A DNA stretch of 64,000 nucleotides from Eutreptiella sp. 'Long Island Sound 2002' (lineage: Eukaryota; Protista; Euglenida): positions 29,326,001-29,390,000 of the forward strand of contig OZ038378.1 in assembly GCA_964036045.1 (NCBI GenBank), written 5' to 3'. A model generated the notes under the pieces. That model saw only the letters and a list, made by a program, of their open reading frames with translations, had not been told where the DNA came from and made no database searches. The stretch's first letter is position 1, and each line of letters opens with the position of its first letter. Below, one piece after another: positions 57,501-64,000 of the stretch. A program made the position numbers and the translations under genes.

Positions 57501-60500
57501 ATGTACCCCCACGGCCGCCCAAGAGCGCATGACCTCACCATGGTGTCAGGGTGAAACCAAGGAGGGGGATCCCCTAGGTTAACACGCAATCTGGGGGAGA
57601 ACCTAGCTTCACCTGTGGCGGCTGGGTTGTGAGGTCACGTGCCCCACCCCTCGCCTGCCACCGTGGGGGAACTACGCTGGTACAGAGCGGGCTCCACCGG
57701 GGGGTAGCGGTTTGCGAGGATTTTCAAGGCCTCCGTGTGGCCAAGCGTGCTCTAGGGCTTGTATTGTCTCCTCACTCCCTTGCTTTTGCTTTGGTCCAGC
57801 ACAGGTCCATTCTGAGCATGGGATCATGACGGAGGAGTGAAGGCCCCCCAGTGTGGCTAGGGTTGCAGATGTGCTCCGCGTGCCACCGGGGACATGCCCA
57901 CACACCATCGCAATAGCGTCACTGCGCTGGCTGTGCTAGTCTCGAACCTAGGAGCACGGGTGGCACTCCCCTCCGGAATGCAGATTGCTTTGGATATGCG
58001 TGAAAGGGTAGTATGGAATAATTAAAATAAGGGGCACCCCGCGAGGACTCCTAGTTTGTTTCATTGGGGGGCGCCATCCCCCAACTCAACTCAGTGGTTT
58101 GAGCATCGCAGGACACCTCGGGAATGGAGACTACTTTGGATCTGAATAAAAGGGTAGTTTGGAAAAATTGACATAAGGGGCGCCCCCCTAGGATTCCGGC
58201 TTTGTTTGAGTGGGGGGCGCCATCCCCCCACTTGGGGCTGTGCTTTTGATGTCCTATGGGATTTGTATGTATTAAGTAAGGTAGTAGTACCAACAATGAA
58301 GCACAGTACGGTATAATGTAAACCTCCGGCCGACAACTTAGAGAAGGCCGGAGGACGGGTAAAAGCCTAGGGCCCTCCTCGGGGAGACCTGCCAGCCCAA
58401 CCACCGCACCCAAACGTAATAAGAGATCCACCCACTTCTCCTCATTTTCCTCCACTGAGACCTGATAGGTGGTGCATTGGAACCCCCCTAAGGAACTCTG
58501 GTGATGGGGGCACCGGCACCTTGTCCGCCACGGGCAAGGTCAGAGGGACCCGCGGCACCACGTCGCTTCCACCCACCCGGCACAATCCTCCAACACTCTT
58601 CATCCGCAATATGACAAAACAGCCACTAAATAGCAGGGCTACGGGTAGTACTATGGGTAGGGGTATAGTAAGGTGAGATGGGATACGGGTTCCCCGGGGG
58701 CGTGGCACGTTCCCGGCAAAAAGCGTAGAATCCCCCGTGATATGGGCCAGCTAGGGGCCCTAATTAGGGGGCCCACAGATTAGCGCACCCCTGAAACGAC
58801 GGGCATGGCGTGACCCCCCCCCCCCCCCCGGGCCATGACATTTTGGCTCTCGCTGAAATATTGTTGTCTCAGGAGGGCTTGTGGGACCTTTGCTGCTTGG
58901 TGTCAGGTTTTCTAAACTATGAGTTTTTTTGTGCATTGTGTGGCCCTCGGGGTACACCCGAGGCTCAAGTCCTGGCACGTTGCCTGGCACCCTAATGCTG
59001 TGAGAGGCACGGGGCGAATCGACTAGGCCCACCTCCGGGGCCCTGCCCTCGTGGCGAGACGGGCTGCTAGAGAGCGCCCAGATGAGGGCCCAGCAGTCCG
59101 GGATGTAGAGCTTGCCGCCAACAGCCAGTGCGGGGGTCACGCAGAGTTCGGCGCCAACGGCATGTGGGGCGATGGGCAGAGTGGAGGGGATTGGGACAGA
59201 GGGGGTGAGGGGGGTATAGGCACCTGCACGGATGCTGTAGAGGGTCGGCGAACTAACACCAGCGACGGGGATGGGGACCAAGGAGAAAGGACCAGGCGCG
59301 GAAGCTACCCTTACGGAAAGCCACACAAGCACACCGTTGGGCATACCGCCGTCGCCGAGGAGGGTGGAAGCGCCGGGCCTTACCTTGAGGCCTCTCTGAA
59401 CCGCCGTTGGGGTCTTTATCGGCTGATTCTGGTTTTGTTGCAGGAAACGAGGGGCCGGAACCAGCGGCAAGTTAGGGATTTGGGAGACTTGAAGCTCGCG
59501 GTGACGGATTTTTTTGGGGGCAAATGAGGAAAGCTGGTGGCTGCTCGGGGGGGGGGGGGGGGGGGGCTCGGATGCAAGGCAAGCGGGATTGAGCCAAGGG
59601 GACCATGTTCAAGTGCGTTTCCGCGGATTGGGAAGAGGGGGGGACAATGAGGCGGAGCAAACGGGCACGCAAGGGGGAGCACAAAGCGGTGAGTGGGGAA
59701 TGGGCTGGACTCTCGACAGGATGATGGAGATGATGAGGCTGCAAGGGTAGCAGGTACAGATCTCGGCCGGTAGTACGGCCTGCAGAAGGAGGTGGAGCGT
59801 TAGAGGAGCGGCAAGGGGAAGGAGCAACAATGCGAGAAAAAGGAGGAGGCCATCCTGCCACTTTCGATGGCCCGCTTGGAGAAGATGGAGAGCGCCCTCC
59901 ATCTGCCACCGTGGATGTTGGGGCAATGTAAGCTGCTAAAGGAGCTTTTGGCACGGTTTGGAGAGGAGTTGGTGGCCAAGGACATGGAGGGGGTGGAAGC
60001 GTGTGCTGGAAATGATACCCCGGATTTTGACATCGTCATCACGGAACCGGAGGATGGGGGGGGTCCCCTGGGACAAGTTTGCATGCGGGGTTTGGGTCAG
60101 GATTGCCCCGAATCAGCATGAGTATGGAGCCAAATGCAGCGGCTCTAAGAAAGCTACCTCTAGCGAACCGTCGCAGGCTAGCGGTGGGGGGGAGGGGGGG
60201 AGGGGACTAGCGGCAATCACGCAGCCTGGGTTCCATAGGGGGCTGGTGTTTGCTTAGCATCAAGGGGAGTTGTGCTTCAAGACCCTAGGAGTAAATCCAA
60301 ATGGGTTCCGATGTCACGCAAGCCCAACCAGCCTTGCCAGCGCTGCATCCAGAAGGGGCTGAGCCGGGAACAGACCCTTCATTGGAGGATGTATCGTCCC
60401 CGTTGGATGGGAGCAACCGCTGTTGAGGATGCTTTGGGTGGGGGGGACGAGGGCTCGCAGAAGGGGGGGGGAGGGCGGAGGGTGCAGATAGCTCGAAGGG

Positions 60501-62900
60501 GTGGTGGGCGGAGGCGTATAGATTTGCCTAGGGGCGACTGTGGGACGCGCGAGTGCAAGAGCCGGGGGATAGCCCGCATGTGTTGGCAGTACATTCGTTG
60601 CTCACCGCACCTCCAGCAGGTCAGGGGGGGGGGGGGTTGGCAATGGGGAAATTGTGGGCATTAGCCATGGGGAGCCCCGGGAAGCGAAAAGAGGAGGTTT
60701 TGTCGGGGTGCCTGCTACAACACGCTAGGGATGCGGCCACCGCGTCCTCAATGTGGGGGACAATTGCAGCCGTGCGGATTGCGGAAGACATGGGATGGAT
60801 CGCCCACCACCCTGGCTCCGATCCACATGAGACGTGCCCAAAGTGAAGGGGGGGGGGCGAGATTTCCAGTTCTACCTTCTCCCTCGGGTACTGTTTGAAG
60901 GAGCGCAAAGGGGATGGGGTACCCCGGGGCGGCGGCCCATGGTGGCACTCATGTGCCTTTCTTCTGTTCTTGGTTCCCCTTCTTGCGAGTTGCCGAGGCC
61001 GCCTCCATCCTAGTAGCGGATGTTCGGGGGGAAAAGGCCCTGGGGTTTTTGGCCACTAAGAGGGGTATCATCGGCTGCCGATGGCGCAGGTGGTCTAAGT
61101 GGTTTGGGGCCTGGAGGGTTGCCTGCGGGATTACACAAGAGGGTGGGATGGGGACGACAAGGTGGTGCTTGGAGGTTGCGGGTTTTTAAGACGGCCTTTG
61201 TAGGCTACCTCCGGGGGACTGATTGGGAGGATGGGCGTTGGCACGGGCATCGGAGGGGGGGCGCCGTGGCGGCATCGGCTCGCGGGCCGTCGGAAGCCTA
61301 ATTCTTGTTGTTTGGGCGATGGGAAGATAACGGCGATGGGGTACGCGAAAGACTTTCAAGACCCGAGGGTGTTGGGTGACCTCCTTTTGCCGTGGCCTGG
61401 GGAGGGGGACCAGATGGAGTTCCGGGACATGGCGGCTGGCCAGGTCTAGGCAGGGGTACATTTTGCGTCGAAAAGACTCGGAGGAGGACAGGCAAAGGGG
61501 GGGGGGCGGACCTTGATTCATACGCCACTGCTCCCGCTAGGCGGTATCCATGCGGTGCAGGGGTCATTGTGCACGAACTCGGGCACGTAGACCGGCGGGC
61601 GAAAGTGGCAACGGCGGATCAGGGGGGTCATCATGTTCTGGCGATGGAATGTTGTCCCCCCCCCCTTGCACCCCGCCGCGAGCGAGACGCCGGCAAGAGG
61701 CTGCCAGGGGTGGGGGGGCACCTGTGCACCTAGGGAAGGGGCAGAGGCAAGGCCTCGAAGTCCGGTGACACGTTGGTCAGTTTTGAGGCATCCACTTCCC
61801 CGGTGGGGGGAATTTCTCAGCTGAGGAAGGCCCCCGGGGGGGGGGGACTACTGCGGCTTCCCATGCTAGGTTAGGGAGGCGGCCACTTGGCACTGAGACC
61901 ATCAGCATCTCGTCGACATCGGATGGAAACGCGGGAGGGGGAGGAACAGGGGAGGGGGGGGGGATCGGGGCCGATTCGTCGTGGGGGTACTCTTCTAATC
62001 GATACCCCCCACTGTGGCTCCGATCCACAGGAAACTTGCCCAAAGTGGGGGGGGGCACCACACTTCCAGTTTTCCCTTCTCCCTCGGGTACTATGAGAAG
62101 GAGCGCAAAGGGGGTGGGGTACGCCGGGGCGGCGGCCCATGGTGGCACTCATGTGCCTTTCTCTGGTTCTTGACTCGCCTTCCTACGAGTTGGCGAGGCT
62201 GCCTCTATCCGGGTAGCGGATGTTCGGGGGGGAAGGGCCCTTGGGTTTTGAGCCACTAAGAGGGGGAAATCGGCCTCCGATGGCATAGTTGGTCTGAGTG
62301 TGCCCGGTCCTCGGGGGGGGCGCCTTCGGGATTACACAAGGGGGTGGGATGGGGACGACAAGGTGGAGCCTGGGGGTCGTGGGTTTTTAAGATGGCCTTT
62401 GCAGGCTTCCTCCGGGGGTCTGAATGGGAGGATGGGCGTTGGCACGGGCATCGGAGGGGGGGGGGGGGGGCGCAGCGGCATCGGCTCGCGGCCCGTCGGA
62501 AGCCTAATTCTTGTTGTTTGGGTGTTGGGAAGATAAGCGTACGGCGATGGGGTACGCGAAAGACTTTCAAGACCCGAGGGTGTTGGGTGACCTCCTTTTG
62601 CCGTGGCCTGGGGAGGGGGACCAACTGGAGTTCTGGGATGTGGCGGCTGGCCAGGTCGGCTGGCAGGGGTACATTTTGCGCCGTAATGACTCGGAGGAGG
62701 AAAGGGAAAGGGTGGGGGGCGGACCTTAATTCACACGCCACTGCTCCCGCTAGGCGGTATCCATGCGCTGCCGGGTCAACGTGCGCGAACTCGGGCACGG
62801 AAACCAGCAGGCGAAAGTGGCAGCGGTGGATCAGGGGGGGTCATCTTGTTCTGACGATGGATTGTTGTTGCCCCCCCCCCCCCCCCCCCGCGCAGAGTGC
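57500..62900 (+). mobile_element. Second decayed YR retroelement (gag-like, YR) with a tandemly duplicated YR region
   Basis: Gag-like frames at 59.0-60.1 kb; PCQRC..KG...HW knuckle-like motif (~60330-60400); AATASSMWGTIAAVRIAED; WHGHRRGGA (~61240 and ~62440), FGRW and AMGYA. Segments ~60800-61700 and ~61980-62900 are direct copies. No RT seen. Confidence 0.65.
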
Positions 62901-64000
62901 CTCCGACTTGGGGATAGGGATGGCCCAAGGCGGAGCTCGATCTTTCTCTGTGCTTAGGGCCATATGCCCCCTAATCCCTCCGAGTGGGGAATGTTGACGG
63001 CCCTTGGCGGAGCTCTCTCCAAATGTCTAGCGGCAGATACACAACCCATGGTGGAGCTCTTTCACCATGCTCGGTGCCGGATACCCCCGAAACCCTCCGA
63101 GTGCGGGATAGGGACGTCCCGTGGCGGAGCTCCCTCCTTGTGCCTTCTGTTGAATACGCGTGACTCCCACCGAGTGGGGGATAGGGACGGCGGGTGGTGG
63201 ACCTCTTTCCTCGTGCCCATCGCCGCAACACCATGCGATCCTCTAATTGCCCATCGCCGCAACACCATGCGATCCTCTAATTGCGGGATAGGGATAACCC
63301 ATGGTGCGGCTGTCTCCCCACGCGCAGCTTTGGCTACACCCGACTCTCTCAAGTGGGGCATATCGAAGGCCCGTAGCAGAGCTCTCACCTCATGCCCGGT
63401 GCGGAATATAGCCGAGTGCCTCCGTGTGGCGGATAGGGACGGCCCTTGGCGGCGCTCTTTCCCCATGGCCAATGCCGTAGACCTTTGAGACCCTCCGGAT
63501 GTGAGATACGGACGACCCATGGTGGAGCTCTCTCCCCATGCCCAGCGCCGGATGCACCCGAGGCCCTCTCAATGTGGGGTAGGGACAACCCTTGGCGGAC
63601 TCTTCTTCCCAGGCCGAATGCTTGGTAGACCCGAGTCCCTCGGAGTGGGACATACAAATCGCTTGTGGCGGCGCTGTCTCCTCCATGCCTAGCGCCCAAT
63701 AGGCCCTACGTCCCTTCGATTGGTGGATACGGACGGCTTGTCGCAGTGCCTTCTCCCCATGCCTAGTGCCGGATACCCCCGGAACCCCCCGACTTGGACA
63801 GAGGGATGGCGTGTCGCGGTGCCCTTTCCCCATGCCCAGTGCCGGATACCCCGGGATCCCTCCGACTTGGAGAGAGGGTTGGTGTATCGGGGAGCTCTCA
63901 CCCCATGCCAAGCGCCCGACACCCCTGCGTCCCTCCAAGTGGGGATAGGGACGGCCGGCAGCGGTGCCCAACGGCGAATAATCATGAATCCCTCTTAGTG
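62900..64000 (+). repeat. Degenerate GC-rich tandem repeat (~60/120-bp periodicity)
   Basis: Recurrent CTCTCCCCATGCC.AG.GCCGGATACCC and GTGGGGATAGGGACGGC blocks. Confidence 0.8.

Noticed and set aside
53852-57530. His/Thr/Tyr-rich 'TYNTLHTTH' ORFs
   Set aside because: These are translations of the 14-bp minisatellite.

Overview
Repeat-dominated eukaryotic nuclear DNA, most consistent with a euglenid (inference from GT-AG introns with GTGTG donors, TTAGGG tracts, VIPER/TATE-order tyrosine-recombinase retroelements and 'GAQALAAL' LRR relics). Two probably functional host genes are supported: (1) the 3' part of a spliced gene for a MavL/DUF4804-like macrodomain protein (exons ~1926-1992 and 2102-2994); (2) a four-exon gene spanning 6057-30632 (711 aa; signal peptide, Cys-rich domain, ependymin/At4g14100-like domain, DOMON-like domain, GPI-type tail) whose two giant introns (9.8 and 12.6 kb) are filled with satellites and transposons. 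The rest is mobile or repetitive. The most striking object is a ~15.6-kb element bounded by perfect 19-bp TIRs (32387-48035). It carries a decayed unassigned ORF and a spliced ParB-like gene, and its non-coding parts hold roughly 35-40 copies of a 16-bp palindrome (TGTCAGGATCCTGACA) resembling parS in size and ends. Other notable items: a Ty3/gypsy-like pol with a DNA-adenine-methyltransferase-like domain between protease and RT, two YR retroelements, telomere-repeat-flanked TIR units, an 8-bp-TSD MITE, a dimeric tRNA-derived SINE with a (CCA)6 tail, and an apparent CWG-context C-to-T decay bias. All family assignments come from motif recognition by eye; no database search was run.
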